NCBI GenBank assembly: GCA_964016885.1
Contig: OZ024745.1
Location: 57,908,001-57,972,000, forward strand
Source: Eledone cirrhosa
Taxonomy: Eukaryota
DNA length: 64,000 nucleotides
Reading direction: 5' to 3'
Shown: one piece after another, positions 1 to 13,998 of the stretch
Layout of the letters: each line of letters begins with the position of its first letter
How positions within the stretch are numbered: the stretch's first letter is position 1
Translations under genes and position numbers: made by a program
Notes under the pieces: model-generated
The model's input: the letters and a program-made list of their open reading frames with translations, nothing else
What the model was told of the DNA's origin: nothing
Database searches by the model: none

Positions 1-1853
1 ATATTTTTGTTTCTACATTGTCCTTCGGTACATCTTATGCTATACACTACATTTCTAGTTTTACAGTTAATATGGGGGCTTATTTTACAGGTTATACATT
101 TCTTATCTATACATGAGGGTCTTTGGAACGGGTATGTCTTGCTAATAAGTGTTTTTACGGAGGTACCAGGTCTTTCTACTATCTTAATATTGAGATTATG
201 TTTATTTAGGGCCCTTCTAAATTTGTAGGCTAGTTCACCTCTAGGGGTTGTATTGATGAACATTACACTCTGGTATTTATTGCTATCATACCATGAGTTT
301 ATTCTATTGGCCTTGTTCCTAGTTCTTTCTATTCTATTCCAAAATTTGCTCCTATACAAGGGGCAGGTCCCATTTATGTCATTATTTACCATTTTTTCCC
401 ATTTGGTTCTGGCTCCTTTATACACTCTGATTCTATCTCTCTGATTGTAGCCAGAGAACTGCATACGGTGGATGAAGTGTTGTATGTGTCTCTCTAGTTC
501 TTCGGGGTTGCACATGCGGGACACATTTCTCATCACCCGTACCAAATCCGCAATCAGTATGTTGATTTTGGTATAGTCCGAAATGGCCGAGTTTCGGTGG
601 ATCAGATGTTTGGAAGTCATGGGTTTGGCATAATGGGAATGGAGGATTTGTTTTTGGTTGTTAATGGTATCTAACCAGAGCTCTGTGTCTAGTACAGGTA
701 ATCGATGGTTGGGGTGTCTACTTGGGTAGTCTATAGTAACTCTAATGCTCTGGTGGATGGAGTTTGCTATTTGCTGGATGCTTTCCATTGTGTTTTTCTC
801 TAGTTCCTGACTGTTCTTTAGTGGGGGTGTCTTAACTACGATGTTTATATCATCTACGTAGCGGGAGTACATTATCAGGGTTAAGCTGTCTTCTAATTGT
901 TCATTAAGTTTTTGTTTAAGTCTACTGTCCCAGCATACCATGAATAAGTTAGCTATGTCGCCTGCAATGCTAACACCAATGGCTGCTCCTTCCTCTTGGG
1001 CATATGTTTTACCATTAAATTTGAACATATGTTCCTTAAGGGTTAATTTTATGCTGGCCCCTACCGCATGTGCAATCATTTTCTTCAGTTCATCGTGGTT
1101 TTCGGGTGTCCGTATGGCTCTGGTCCACCCGTTCCATCTATCTGTGTGGGTTTTCTTGGCCATTGAGGTAATGGTAGGTGGTCTGCCTCTTGCTGGTCTT
1201 GTAGGGCACAGGTTGCTAAGGTCATAAGTGTCTAGGTAACTATTACTATGGGTAAGCTTAAGTAGAAGTCCCAGCTCACTGGTATCAATCCCACGGAACT
1301 CAACCTTGCTCTCGCTGATCATTTCTACGCATTTCTCCACAGCAAAATCCACGTCAATAGATGGATACAGGGACACAACATCCATACTGCCTAATATGCA
1401 GTTTGTTAGGTCCCCAGATCGGTTACCCGCGCCGATTCTGCTGAGGAGGTCCTCCGTGCTGTCACACACATCTGGGGACATCTCAATGATGGGGCGTATG
1501 ATCAGGGAGAGAAAGTAGGACAGTCTGTAGTTACTAGCAATGTTAGCCCCACAGACTGGTCGTGTTGGTGGTCCCGTGACAGGGTCCCAGCCCGTTTTAT
1601 GGTCTTTTCGAAGCCCATACAACGCCGGCACGTCATTGTTCCAGGCCTGGAAGTTGTTGGCAGTCCTTTTGTTGGGCTGCATTATATTTGTCCACATCAC
1701 CATATGGGCATTGAGGGCTTTTTCTCTATCCTCATGCACCTGTGGTGCTACCTCTCTTGTGTTAGTGATGTGGGGTTGCATTGCCTGGATGTAGTTTAGC
1801 AGGCTGTCAACCGACATTCTGCCAGACTTGTCTGTTGGAAAACATGCTATCTC
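1..1853 (-). CDS. Penelope-like retroelement (family E) RT-GIY-YIG polyprotein; 5'-truncated, open frame running off the window start
   Basis: Manual minus-strand translation gives EIACFPTDKSGRMSV...PALYGLRKDHK...GPPTRPVCGA...GSMDVVSLYPSID...QEEGAAIGVSIAGDIANLFM...RYVDD (849-860)...LPVLDTELW...HYAKPMTS, then a Cys-rich linker into the endonuclease. I saw no stop codon, which fits its absence from the ORF track. Confidence 0.9.
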
Positions 1854-2051
1854 TATGGGCTTCGAAAAGACCATAAAACGGGCTGGGACCCTGTCACGGG
1901 ACCACCAACACGACCAGTCTGTGGGGCTAACATTGCTAGTAACTACAGACTGTCCTACTTCCTCTCCAAATTTTGGAATAGAATAGAAAGAACTAGGAAC
2001 AAGGCCAATAGAATAAACTCATGGTATGATAGCAATAAATACCAGAGTGTA

Positions 2052-2585
2052 ATGTTCATCAATACAACCCCTAGAGGTGAACTAGCCTACAAATTTAGAA
2101 GGGCCCTAAATAAACATAATCTCAATATTAAGATAGTAGAAAGACCTGGTACCTCCGTAAAAACACTTATTAGCAAGACATACCCGTTCCAAAGACCCTC
2201 ATGTATAGATAAGAAATGTATAACCTGTAAAATAAGCCCCCATATTAACTGTAAAACTAGAAATGTAGTGTATAGCATAAGATGTACTGAAGGACAATGT
2301 AGAAACAAAAATATAGTGTACATAGGTGAGACAGCTCGTAGTATAGGGGAACGAATAAATGAACACTGGCGAGACCTCCAAGATAATAAAGAATCATCTG
2401 CGCTCTACCAACATGCTAAGATAGAACACAGGGGTAGATTAGAGAGCATAGAAATAAAAATAGAATCCACGCACAGAAAAGACGCAATGTTTAGGCAAAT
2501 TACAGAGGCAGTAAGCATAAAAGAATTAAAACCAAAATTAAATAGAAAATATGAGTGGAACAGCAACATCACAACTTACAATTAA
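2052..2585 (+). pseudogene. GIY-YIG endonuclease C-terminus of PLE family E (Cys-rich linker, Neptune-like by inference)
   Basis: ORF contains CIDKKCITC...CKTRNVVYSIRC...YIGETARSIGERINEH...SALYQH...RQITEAVSIKELKPKLNRKYEW. Confidence 0.88.
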
Positions 2586-2862
2586 GGACAAAATGAAAAC
2601 ACACACACACATAGAACAAACAACTTACAATTGAAAACACACACAAAATGAAAACACACACAGGACAAAATGAAAACACACACACACATAGAACAAACAA
2701 CCAACCAACAATAAATAAATAAACAAATAGAAAAATGAACACAAACACACACAGACACCCGGATGTGGCACATGCGCAAACTGAGCACACAACACACACA
2801 CAGAAACAAAATGGCGTAGGATAGAAGAAAGAAAAGGCACAGAAACGAAGAAAGGAATCCCC

Positions 2863-2907
2863 AGTCACTGAAGAGGTCACAGAGTGTGTGACGAAAGGAC
2901 TATGACT
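2863..2907 (+). ncRNA. Minimal type I hammerhead ribozyme, family E pLTR
   Basis: AGTCA-CTGAAGA-G-GTCAC agagtgt GTGAC-GAAA-GGAC-TA^TGACT. Stem I is AGTCA/TGACT, stem II is 5 bp, stem III is minimal, and the cleavage triplet is CUA. Confidence 0.8.
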
Positions 2908-3074
2908 ATATATATAAACAACTATCTGGTTGTGGAACCAACCAACTAACCAGAAATTTATAATTTATAAGTTTGTAGATTTGTAAATTTATGAATTTAT
3001 AAATATATAATAAATTGAAGTGAAAGCAACTGGTGCGTGTGTTTCTTATTGGCAACATGACCCTCCCAAAGTAT

Positions 3075-3154
<80 letters not shown>

Positions 3155-3285
3155 GTAGATAAATCTACCAAAAGTTTACGGTAGTGTCCAATCCGTATGA
3201 AGAACTCAATGTAATCCGCATATCATGAAAAGAGAAGATGCATTCAAAAACCATTTTCGGTGAAAAATAAACGGAAAACAGAGTC

Positions 3286-5256
3286 AATATTGAAGATAAA
3301 ACTGAACCTTTGGCATTGAAAAGACCACACTTCAACCTGAAAGATCATAAATCTAACTTTAACTCTAATCCTTCTATAAGGCTTATATGCCCTTCCAAAT
3401 CTGATATTGGAATAATTAGTAAAAAAAAAATTTTAGATAGAGTCATCCCACAACTAAGAAAACATGTTAATTTACCACTCTGGGAATACACATCCCAGGT
3501 AATTAACTGGTTTAATAATATTAGAAATAAATCCTCTGCTTCTTTTCTACAATTTCATATAGATAATTATTATTCTTCTATATCACCTATACTCCTGAAC
3601 AAAGCCTTGATATTTGCTAAAGATAGATCTAACTTAACTTTGGATGACATTAATATTATTACACATGCTAGACTAACACTATTGGAATTTCAGAATGAAT
3701 ACTGGACCAGAAACACATATAGTAATCTATTCGATATTACTATGGGCTCAAGCGATTCTGCCCAAATTACTGATCTTGTGGGCCTCTTTCTTCTTTTTAA
3801 CGTAAATGCTTCCTTTCCCCACCTTAAAGGTGGTTTATATCGTGACGACTGTCTTCTTCTTTCCAATAACCTTAGCCTCTCAGAGATAGAAAAAAATAAA
3901 AAGCTTATTAGAACTTTCCTTAAAGACTATTATAGTCTAGATATTACATTTGAAAACACAAGTAAAGTAGTTAATTTCCTAGATATAACATTAGACTTAT
4001 CTACGGGTATCTACCAACCTTACCATAAACCCAACCAAAATTTACACTACATACACTCACAATCTAATCACCCTAAATCTATCCTTAAAAACCTTGCATA
4101 TAATATATCACTTAGAATGTCTAACCTTTCGTCTAACCAAGATGTATTTGATAACAATGCGACCTTTTATAAAGAAGCTCTAGCTAGAAGTGGCCACAAA
4201 AATAGATTAGTATATATACCTTCTACCAATAACACTACAAACTTACAACCTAATATTACCAACAAACACCAAATGAAACATACACACCTAAATGCCACTC
4301 ACACAATACCCCAAAGACCAACATAAAAACAAATTTCTCTAACTCTTCTAATATACAGTATAGTAACTCTCAAAAAACTACTCATCCTACAACTCTAATA
4401 AATGTTAATAATAAAACTCCTAATAAACAAGCTAAAACATCTAAATCAATAAATCTAACTAAAAATGTGTGTGGTGTGGTCATTAACAATAATTCTCTAA
4501 ATAAACATCAGGATGCATTCTATAAAAACAATAAACAACATCGAAACCGTAATAGACGAGTTACTTGGTACAATGCTCCATTTAATTTACAAATTAAGGA
4601 TAATATACCTAAAAAAATTATTTAATATCCTAGAGAAAAACTTCCCGCCAAACCACAAATACCATCAAATTTTAAATAAATCAACGGTTAAATTCTCCTA
4701 CTCAACAACCAAAAACATAAAACAAAATATGAGTGCCTATAATGCATATAAATGTAAAAGAACTATGAGTATACCACCAGTACATCAAACTAACCATAAT
4801 ATCTCCTCAGATACAGGATTCACGAAAAGTTGTAACTGTAGAAACAAGGCAAACTGTCCATTAAAAGGAAATTGCCTTGTTAATAACATAGTATATAAAT
4901 GTAAAGTTAACACTAAGGACTCAATTTATTCATATATAGGAGCTACCTCTAACAAATTTAAGGTAAGATTTAATACCCACAAACATAGTTTTAAAAATGC
5001 CGCACTAGCTAATACAACATCTCTAGCTGAAATAAGTAATAGTTATAGAAAGAGGAATATAGATTATGACCTGACCTGGAGTGTGCTCAAAAGGGCCACC
5101 CCTTATCAAAATAGTAGATATGAATGTAGATTATGTTCCCAGGAACTTTTTGAAATAATGAAATCTAAGGATATCCTATTAAATAAGCGACAGGAATTAA
5201 TAATATCGTGTAATCATAAACTGAGAAAAACCTTTAAATATTATAAACCTAATTAA
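3286..5256 (+). pseudogene. Second PLE type (YRDD RT plus C-terminal GIY-YIG; Nematis-like by inference), 5'-truncated and frameshifted
   Basis: ORF 3310-4326: LKDHK..RLICPSKSDIG..FDITMGSSDSAQITDLVG..GLYRDD..NFLDITLDL..YHKPN..SNHP. ORF 4513-5256: CNCRNKANCPLKGNC..IVYKC..YIGATSNKFKVRFNTH..CRLC..LLNKRQEL. Motif A reads QFHI instead of QFDI, and the frame breaks near 4326 and ~4610. Confidence 0.88.
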
Positions 5257-5561
5257 TATACACTTTAGAAATTAATATATAAACTGTTTTTAATTTAGTT
5301 AACCTATAATTAATATTCTACTACTGATGAACTACATAATTTTGCTTTCCTTCTTACAACTATCATTTCCTAAAACTGATACCATTAAGTAAACATATAT
5401 AATGCTTTAACTTCAGGTTATGACTCTATGTTCCTTGAAATCTATATATATTTATTATTTCTCACTAATAATTTTAATTCCCCCCCCCCCAATAATTATA
5501 TGTATATGTAAATGTGTATGTGTGTGTGTATATATATATATATATATGTATGTATATTTGC

Positions 5562-5597
<36 letters not shown>

Positions 5598-5640
5598 ATA
5601 TATGTATATATGTGTGTATGTGTGTGTGAATGTATGTGTA

Positions 5641-5703
<63 letters not shown>

Positions 5704-5914
5704 TATTTTTATATTCTTTTAATTCCCCTCATCTTTAACAGCACTTTTCAACTGCATCTAACTCTTATTTATCATATCTATATGTATTAATATAATTTTA
5801 TCAATATAAATATACCCATCAATTAAATTAATTTATATTCTTTTCATAGATGTATTTTTTTTTCACTAACACTCTTATCGTAAAACTGCTTGTATACCTT
5901 TTACTGACCACCTG

Positions 5915-6312
5915 ACCTATTTTCACCCCTAAAATAAGTTTCAATTACTACTATTTTACCATTTGGCCAATTATTAACTTTCTATTGGTTAATTCTAAAC
6001 CTCTTACCAAACAGACAGAATATATTAGATCTTTGTTGGTTTTATTCAATGAACAAATATAATTATTTCTGAGGTCAGCATACCACCTATTTTCTTCCCT
6101 AAAATAATCCTTCATTCATAATATTCTTTTCCATCCCAAACTAAATTCTACCTTCCTCTACCCATAATTTAAGGTTCTTCTACTACTTTATTACTCTCTT
6201 GACCCTTACTATCTCTCTATTGGTCAATTCAAAACCTGTTCCCAAACAGACCTATTGTATTGAATCTTTGTTTTTTTCAATAAACAAATATCATTATTTC
6301 TGAAGACAGCAT
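5915..6312 (+). repeat. Diverged tandem duplication in the region 3' of the PLE ORF
   Basis: ACCTATTTTC..CCCTAAAATAA..CTATTGGT.AATTC.AAACCT.TT.CCAAACAGAC..ATTATTTCTGA.G.CAGCATA occurs twice (~5915-6082 and ~6084-6312). Confidence 0.7.
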
Positions 6313-6547
6313 ATATATGTGTAGGTATGTATATTCCCTCTGATAGTTTGTATAAATATTGTACATAGATCTATAGAATATGCATACCAACTCTAACACA
6401 TATATATCCTAGAAAAGATCGTAAAATGATGAATTTCTTTTAATATAAGGAACTGTTTCTTTGTTTATTCATTGTTTTATTAATTTATATATATACATAT
6501 ATATATATATGTATCTATCTATCTATATATATATTTATATATATATA

Positions 6548-7218
6548 TAGGTTTTTTTCTATTTAATTGCTAAACCTGTAGATATTGTTTTCTATACAGT
6601 AACGGTAAAAATCACTTGTAATAATTCTTTACACACATTTCACTGTGTAACACACTTCTATTTATGTAATATATTTGTATCAGAGCTCAGAAGAAAATTC
6701 TCTATTCTTCTTTGAGCTAATATTATTATTATTACTATGAACTGCTGAATACTCTTAATTCCGATCCTAGTATACTTAACGAGCTCCAAATTGTTGAGCT
6801 AATAAATTCGAATGGTTGGGCTGCCCTGTCTAGCATTTTCTCCAATCCATGAGAACCGTTATTTTATGCAAATAACATGTAATTTCGCCCTACCTGGGCA
6901 GCGTGTATATTAGCTTTCTATCTATCCATGAGGTTAGATGTGTAGTAAAGAGAATCCACATTTGCTGACTGATGAACCTGTGGCTGTTAAACTGCACATT
7001 TCAGTGGGGAAACGAACTTAATTTGTATCAGCAAAGTTATAGTTATAAAGTTAGTAATTTAAAATCTACTTCAGAGATTTGATTCTGACTTAGGTTTTTT
7101 TCTATTTAATTAAGAAACCTGTAGATATTGTTTTCTATATAGTAACGGGAAAAATCACTTTTAATAATTCTTTACACACATTTCACTGTGTAACACACTT
7201 CTATTTGTGTAATATATT

Positions 7219-7223
<5 letters not shown>
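6548..7223 (+). mobile_element. Non-coding HHR-bearing element with ~133 bp terminal direct repeat (period ~543 bp) inside (TA)n; retrozyme/pLTR-like
   Basis: 6548-6680 is repeated at 7091-7223. There is an HHR inside, (TA)n on both sides, and no meaningful ORF. Confidence 0.75.
6961..7035 (+). ncRNA. Type I hammerhead ribozyme
   Basis: TTTGCTGA-CTGATGA-A-CCTGT...GTGGG-GAAA-CGAA cttaa TTTG-TA^TCAGCAAA. Stem I is a perfect 8 bp, stem III is 5 bp, and the triplet is GUA. Confidence 0.85.
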
Positions 7224-7262
<39 letters not shown>

Positions 7263-7266
<4 letters not shown>

Positions 7267-7950
7267 TATGCATACGCACACACATACACGTATACAGATG
7301 TACAGTAGTATGTATAAATATATATATATCCATACATGCACACATATATATATGTACGTATGGATTCACCGAACATTTATTACAATGCTCGGTGTGTTTG
7401 GAAACAAACATCCCGAATTAAGCCGTACAGTGTCTAGCAACCATCGTTGCTCCTTTGTTCAACACTGACAAAGGAGCGCTGTACTAGTTTCAAGCTTATT
7501 AGCTATCGTCAGCAACGTATACCTTCCTGCCAGATAGTTGAACTCTGAAAGTATATACTTTCCTTATGCATATTAACGGCTGAGCAGCCTAATTTGCATA
7601 TCGAGTGAATTAATCGGCCGGGGTACTGAAAACGATAAACGGAAAAAATGAAACGAAATTTCATTTCTCACCCTTAGTACGGCTGTTACTTAAATATAAG
7701 TATGCATACGCACACACACACACATATACAGACGTACAGTAGTATGTATACATATATATATATATATACATACATGCACACATATATATATGTGTGCATG
7801 TATGTATATATATATATATATATTATATATATATATGTATACATACTACTGTACGTCTGTATACGTGTATGTGTGTGCGTATGCATACTTATATTTAAGT
7901 AACAGCCGTACTAAGAGTGAGAAATGAAATTTCGTTTCATTTTTCCGTTT

Positions 7951-7951
<1 letters not shown>
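7263..7951 (-). mobile_element. Family A HHR element (~420-435 bp monomer): ~1.2 tandem units plus fold-back arm
   Basis: The unit start AAGTATGCATACGCACAC recurs at ~7264 and ~7698. ~7637-7785 is inverted at ~7795-7951. Bounded by (TA)n. Confidence 0.8.
7477..7517 (-). ncRNA. Minimal type I hammerhead ribozyme, family A
   Basis: Reverse complement reads CGTTG-CTGACGA-T-AGCT aata AGCT-T-GAAA-CTAG-TA^CAGCG, with palindromic stem III ACTAGT. Confidence 0.75.
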
Positions 7952-7992
<41 letters not shown>

Positions 7993-8899
7993 CAACAAAA
8001 GCAACGCATGCTTAAATTCGGTTTATTGCGCAATATTCACAATTGTTTTTATAATAAAATTTACTCCTCTTTGAAGTTAAACAATCCGATTGAATAACGT
8101 TCATTAACTTGTAATTAACTAAGCAAGGCTGTAAAACTGTTCTAACGCATTTGGAGGTAGGTTCAACCACTCAAACACTCAAAACTAATGAGTTGGTTTA
8201 TCAAAACCGGTCCATTGAATTTGATGCCATGTCTTAGTAAATAGGATCAAGCTTTCCACATCAATTACTATACATATTTGTTATTTATCCATCCCCTTTT
8301 TTTAATATTTTCCATTTGTTGTGTCATTTGTGGTATTATTTTCACTCCTGAGAGTTAATATAATTAGTGCATTCAAACTATTTTGAGTGGCACTTCTTTG
8401 TCTTAATCCTCTGCGATAATGGTTCGATTCTTCAGTTTGTGAATATCGGTCAATCGGATTACATGAGTTAAAAGAGGAGGAAAATTGGAATACACAAGCA
8501 ACTGTCAAGTTCTTAATTCAACCATTCATTGTGTGTGTTAGTAAAACACTCTGAAAATGGATTACAAGAAACTACACATGTGTAATCCATGAATGTATGA
8601 CGGGGATATAGGAATTGTGTGCCATCTGGTTACCACGCACCACCACATCCCTATAATACCTAATATATTGAGCACTAAAATCCAATGGTGACACTATTGT
8701 CTTCATTAATAGGCGTGAGATGTGTTGGGCGTTTGCCTCATTTTCATATTCATGAGTTTCATTTCCAACGGTGCCCTTTATTCCTTCCTATATTTCACAT
8801 ATCACCACTCAACTAAGCTTGTGAAAATTAGCTCTAATTTTAATTGAAAGCGTCAGGATTAGGACAAATTGTGAAATGCTGAATAGTCACATCTCCATG

Positions 8900-9171
8900 T
8901 CTAAAGTCCCAGAAGGCTCATTTGGCCGGTGCTTATCCCCGTTTCATGGCGTGACGCGACTGAGAGTACAAGACCCCCACCCCTAGACAGGAAGCCAGTC
9001 CATCGCAGGCTTAACCCTCCAGCTATTGCTGGTACTCATTTTCAGCTGAGTATACTAGAGGAACGCGAAATGAAGTGTTTTGCTCAAGAACACAACACAC
9101 AACCCAGGAATCGGGCCCACGGCATTATGATCGTAAGTCCAACACCCTTGCCACTAGGCCACATGCATCCA
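8900..9171 (-). mobile_element. tRNA-derived SINE with V-domain-like core
   Basis: Reverse complement has an A-box-like TGGCCTAGTGG, then TTGTGTTCTTGAGCAAAACACTT and CCTGCGATGGACTGGC. 12-bp TSD CACATCTCCATG at 8888-8899 and 9172-9183. Confidence 0.8.
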
Positions 9172-9382
9172 CACATCTCCATGAGAAGTACCTAAATATT
9201 ACACGTGTTTCTCAATGCGCATATACTTGCCCTTGAATGTCATGAGCATAATACTCCGTTGCCTAAATCGACAGAGAGTGGAGCAGCGTCTCTGGTCGTA
9301 GAAGTGTTTGTCGGTAAATATAACACCTCTTACTTAACGAAATACCCTTAACTATTATATATGTATATGTATATATATATAT

Positions 9383-9584
9383 AACAAAGCAAATCTGGTA
9401 AGGAACCAGGTGGACCATAACGCACCAAAGTACTCAATACTTAGGGTAGTAGAGTGGGTAATAGGAACGAGTAGGACCCGACGGCTGAGCTCAAGCCGTT
9501 TCGACGGCTAATTCTGGACTAGCCGTCTAATTCAGAATTAGCCGTCGAAACGGCTTGAGCTCAGCCGTCGGGGTCCTACTCGTT

Positions 9585-9589
<5 letters not shown>
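9383..9589 (-). mobile_element. Family B element end with fold-back; contains the 3' half of a hammerhead ribozyme
   Basis: Reverse complement reads GACGGCTAG tccagaa TTAGCCGTC-GAAA-CGGCT tgagctc AGCCG-TC^GGGTC. An inverted copy lies at ~9533-9589. (TA)n on both sides. Confidence 0.75.
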
Positions 9590-9637
<48 letters not shown>

Positions 9638-9677
9638 GGGGGGGAGGTTTACATATGTATATATATATGTGTGTGTG

Positions 9678-9710
<33 letters not shown>

Positions 9711-10148
9711 GCGTGTGTGAATGCATGTATAGTGTGTGTATGTATGCTACAGAGAGAGAGAGGGGGCGTTGGGGGAGATACGGGGACAGACCGAGATTCT
9801 TAATGTGATGGAAAATGAATTGTGATGTCAATATGTGACGTCTCAAGTAGGATAGTCTATATTGAGAAAACGCAGAGATTAACACATTTTCCAAGCAGTC
9901 ATCAATTGTAATCGGTCGGTATGTCTCTTAATGCAGATATCCAGATGTATATGATTTTGAACATTTGAAGTCTTCACTAGAGATGGAACACTGCCAGATT
10001 TCGCTAGGAACACGTTATTTCTGTTTAATTGATTTTCACTGAATTTGCTTAGAAGATATTATTACATTTTCTTGAGGTTTACTTATTTATTCATGTATTA
10101 ATTTATATGCCAAATACACACACACACACACACACACATCCACACACA

Positions 10149-10200
<52 letters not shown>

Positions 10201-10204
<4 letters not shown>

Positions 10205-11437
10205 TATGTACACGTACATACATATATGTATACAGACGTACAGTAGTATGTATATATATATATACATACATGCACATATATATGTACGTATGGATTCACC
10301 GAACATTTATTATAATGCTCGGTGTGTTTGTAAACAAACATCCCGTATTAAGCCGTAGTGTCCAGCAACCATCGTTGCTCGTTTGTTCAACACTGACAAA
10401 GGAATGCTGTACTAGTTTCAAGCTTATTAGCTATCGTCAGCAACGTATACCTTCCTGGCAGATTGTTGAACGTATATACTTACCTTATGCATATTAACGG
10501 CTGAGTAGCCCAATTTGCATATCGAGTGGGATAATCGGCCGGGTGCACCGAAAACGATAAACGGAAAAAATAAAATGAAATTTAATTTCCCACTCTTAGT
10601 ACGGCTGTTACTTAAATATAAGTATGTACACGTACATACATATATGTATGCAGACGTACAGTAGTATGTATATATATATACATACATGCACACATATATA
10701 TATGCACGTATGGATTCACCATACATTTATTATAATGCTCGGTGTGTTTGTAAACAAACATCCCGTATTAAGCCGTCAGCCGTTAATATGCATAAGGTAA
10801 GAATATACGTTCAACAATCTGGCAGGAAGGTATACGTTACTGACGATAGCTAATAAATTTGAAACTGGTACAGCGTTCCTTTGTCAGTGTTGAACAAACG
10901 AGCAACGATGGTTGCTGGACACTACGGCTTAATACGGGTGTTAGTTTACAAACACACCGATCATTATAATAAATGTTCAGTGAATCCATAGGTAAGTATA
11001 TATATGTGTGCATGTATGTATATATATATATACATACTGCTGTACGTCTGTATACATATATGTATGTACGTGTACATACTTATATTTAAGTAACAGCCGT
11101 ACTAAGAGTGGCAAATGAAATTTCGTTTCTTTTTATCCGTTTATCGTTTTCGGTGCACCCGGCCGATTATCCCACTCGATATGCAAATTGGGCTACTCAG
11201 CCGTTAATATGCATAAGGTAAGTATATACGTTCAACAATCTGCCAGGAAGGTATACGTTGCTGACGATAGCTAATAAGCTTGAAACTAGTACAGCATTCC
11301 TTTGTCAGTGTTGAACAAACGAGCAACGATGGTTGCTGGACACTACGGCTTAATACGGGATGTTTGTTTACAAACAAACGAGCATTATAATAAATGTTCG
11401 GTGAATCCATACGTACATATATATATATGTGTGCATG

Positions 11438-11507
<70 letters not shown>

Positions 11508-11713
11508 CTACTGTACGTCTGTATACATATATGTATGTACGTGTACATACTTATATTTAAATAACAGCCGTACTAAGAGTGGGAAATGAAATTTCGTTTC
11601 ATTTTTTCCGTTTATATATATATATATATATATATAAACGGAAAAAATGAAACGAAATTTCATAACCACTCTTAGTACGGCTGTTATTTAAATATAAGTA
11701 TGTACACGTACAT
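10201..11713. mobile_element. Family A array: ~1.4 units, then two inverted units, then another inverted start
   Basis: Segments are 10201-10775, inverted 10776-11197 and 11198-11613, and 11635-11713, which resumes at 12165-12202 after a nested insertion. HHRs at 10406-10444 (-), 10834-10876 (+, decayed) and 11257-11295 (+). Confidence 0.85.
11257..11295 (+). ncRNA. Minimal type I hammerhead ribozyme, family A
   Basis: GTTG-CTGACGA-T-AGCT aata AGCT-T-GAAA-CTAG-TA^CAGC. Confidence 0.75.
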
Positions 11714-12164
11714 GGTGGCTGCCAACTCGTTTTCGAGTACGGCCACTACTTTATATCCATGTAGGAGAACCCCTACTGATGCGCTGAACGAGTGTGACTT
11801 TTTAGTCTAGCCAGCGACTTGAAAGCTCTGGTACAAACACTACACTTGTGACAATTATTGACACATAGTGCTGGGCCCATGGTACCATGTGACGACAAAT
11901 GCAGAGAGATCTCCAGATATAAAGCAATGCCTGTGCCGTGAAGCTTTTATAGTGAGCAAAGGCACTGCACAAAGCCAGTCCCACTCTCTTAACCAAGATG
12001 ATATTTACCAAAAAGAAGAACAAGTCAACATCATTGGATACCATCAGGGTTGCAGGTGTTATATCAGAGTTTTCCTTCTCCTAGAATTCTGCCTTGACAA
12101 AGGCTAAGGGGTCATCTCTCCCGGTGATTTTGGATGGCCATTGACTCTTAAGAGCTCCTTTGCC
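11711..12164 (-). mobile_element. Family C: RTE-BovB-like 3' end or non-autonomous derivative, nested in a family A copy
   Basis: Reverse complement encodes a terminal C2H2 finger CSVCTRAFKSLARLKSHTRSAH*, followed by a short 3' UTR with a CTCG-AAAA-CGAG hairpin. It interrupts family A at ...ACGTACAT/ACATATATGTATAC. Confidence 0.7.
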
Positions 12165-12196
12165 TATATACATATATGTATACAGACGTACAGTAG

Positions 12197-12377
<181 letters not shown>

Positions 12378-12386
12378 TATATATAT

Positions 12387-13630
<1,244 letters not shown>

Positions 13631-13747
13631 ATATATATATATATCTATTTAATTTTCAGAGAGCGACAGAACTTCCATTTTGACAGAAATAAACTATATA
13701 AGATCATTATGCAATATCCCCAAGAAGAGAAAAAATATAAATACATA

Positions 13748-13793
<46 letters not shown>

Positions 13794-13942
13794 CAAGATG
13801 TATGGTAGCTCGTATGTGAATCGCGATGATCACGTCTCACCTACCAAATATGTGACGGTAGCTAGTTAAGCTCTATGCGTATAAGCTGATCAGTACTATT
13901 AATGAAAAAGAACAAAGGAACTATTATGACATTATAACAAGT

Positions 13943-13998
13943 TTATTGCCGACAGCCGTTTCGTCCGACCATATGGTGGGACTTTTCAAGGCATATAA
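13943..13998 (-). ncRNA. Type I hammerhead ribozyme, U3-A8 core variant (family D, left arm)
   Basis: Reverse complement of 15224-15279. Confidence 0.8.

Larger units (their letters stand above)
1855..3080 (+). mobile_element. Inverted, internally deleted second copy of PLE family E (RT fragment, GIY-YIG endonuclease, 3' pLTR region)
   Basis: 1855-1967 is the reverse complement of ~1510-1615. The sequence then jumps to the reverse complement of ~345-1 and continues through the endonuclease and 3' region. It ends at AAGTATAACAAT-(AT)n. Confidence 0.88.

Noticed and set aside
7-1799. Short plus-strand ORFs in the first 1.8 kb
   Set aside because: They are antisense shadows of the minus-strand PLE RT frame.
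1-5256. Selenoprotein-type (Naiad) PLE or intron-containing PLE
   Set aside because: The endonuclease is C-terminal, I saw no in-frame TGA at Cys positions, and the breaks in the second PLE look like frameshifts in A-rich linker sequence.
5324-5345. CTGATGA downstream of the PLE ORF (similar lone boxes at ~6299, ~8430, ~19480 and ~43138)
   Set aside because: No stem II-GAAA-stem III-NUH-stem I arrangement could be built.
11802-12107. Recurrent 70-80 aa ORFs (..QSQSHSLNQDDIYQKEEQ..), also at 60379 and 60957
   Set aside because: They recur only because family C is repeated, and they are antisense to the zinc-finger-bearing RTE strand.
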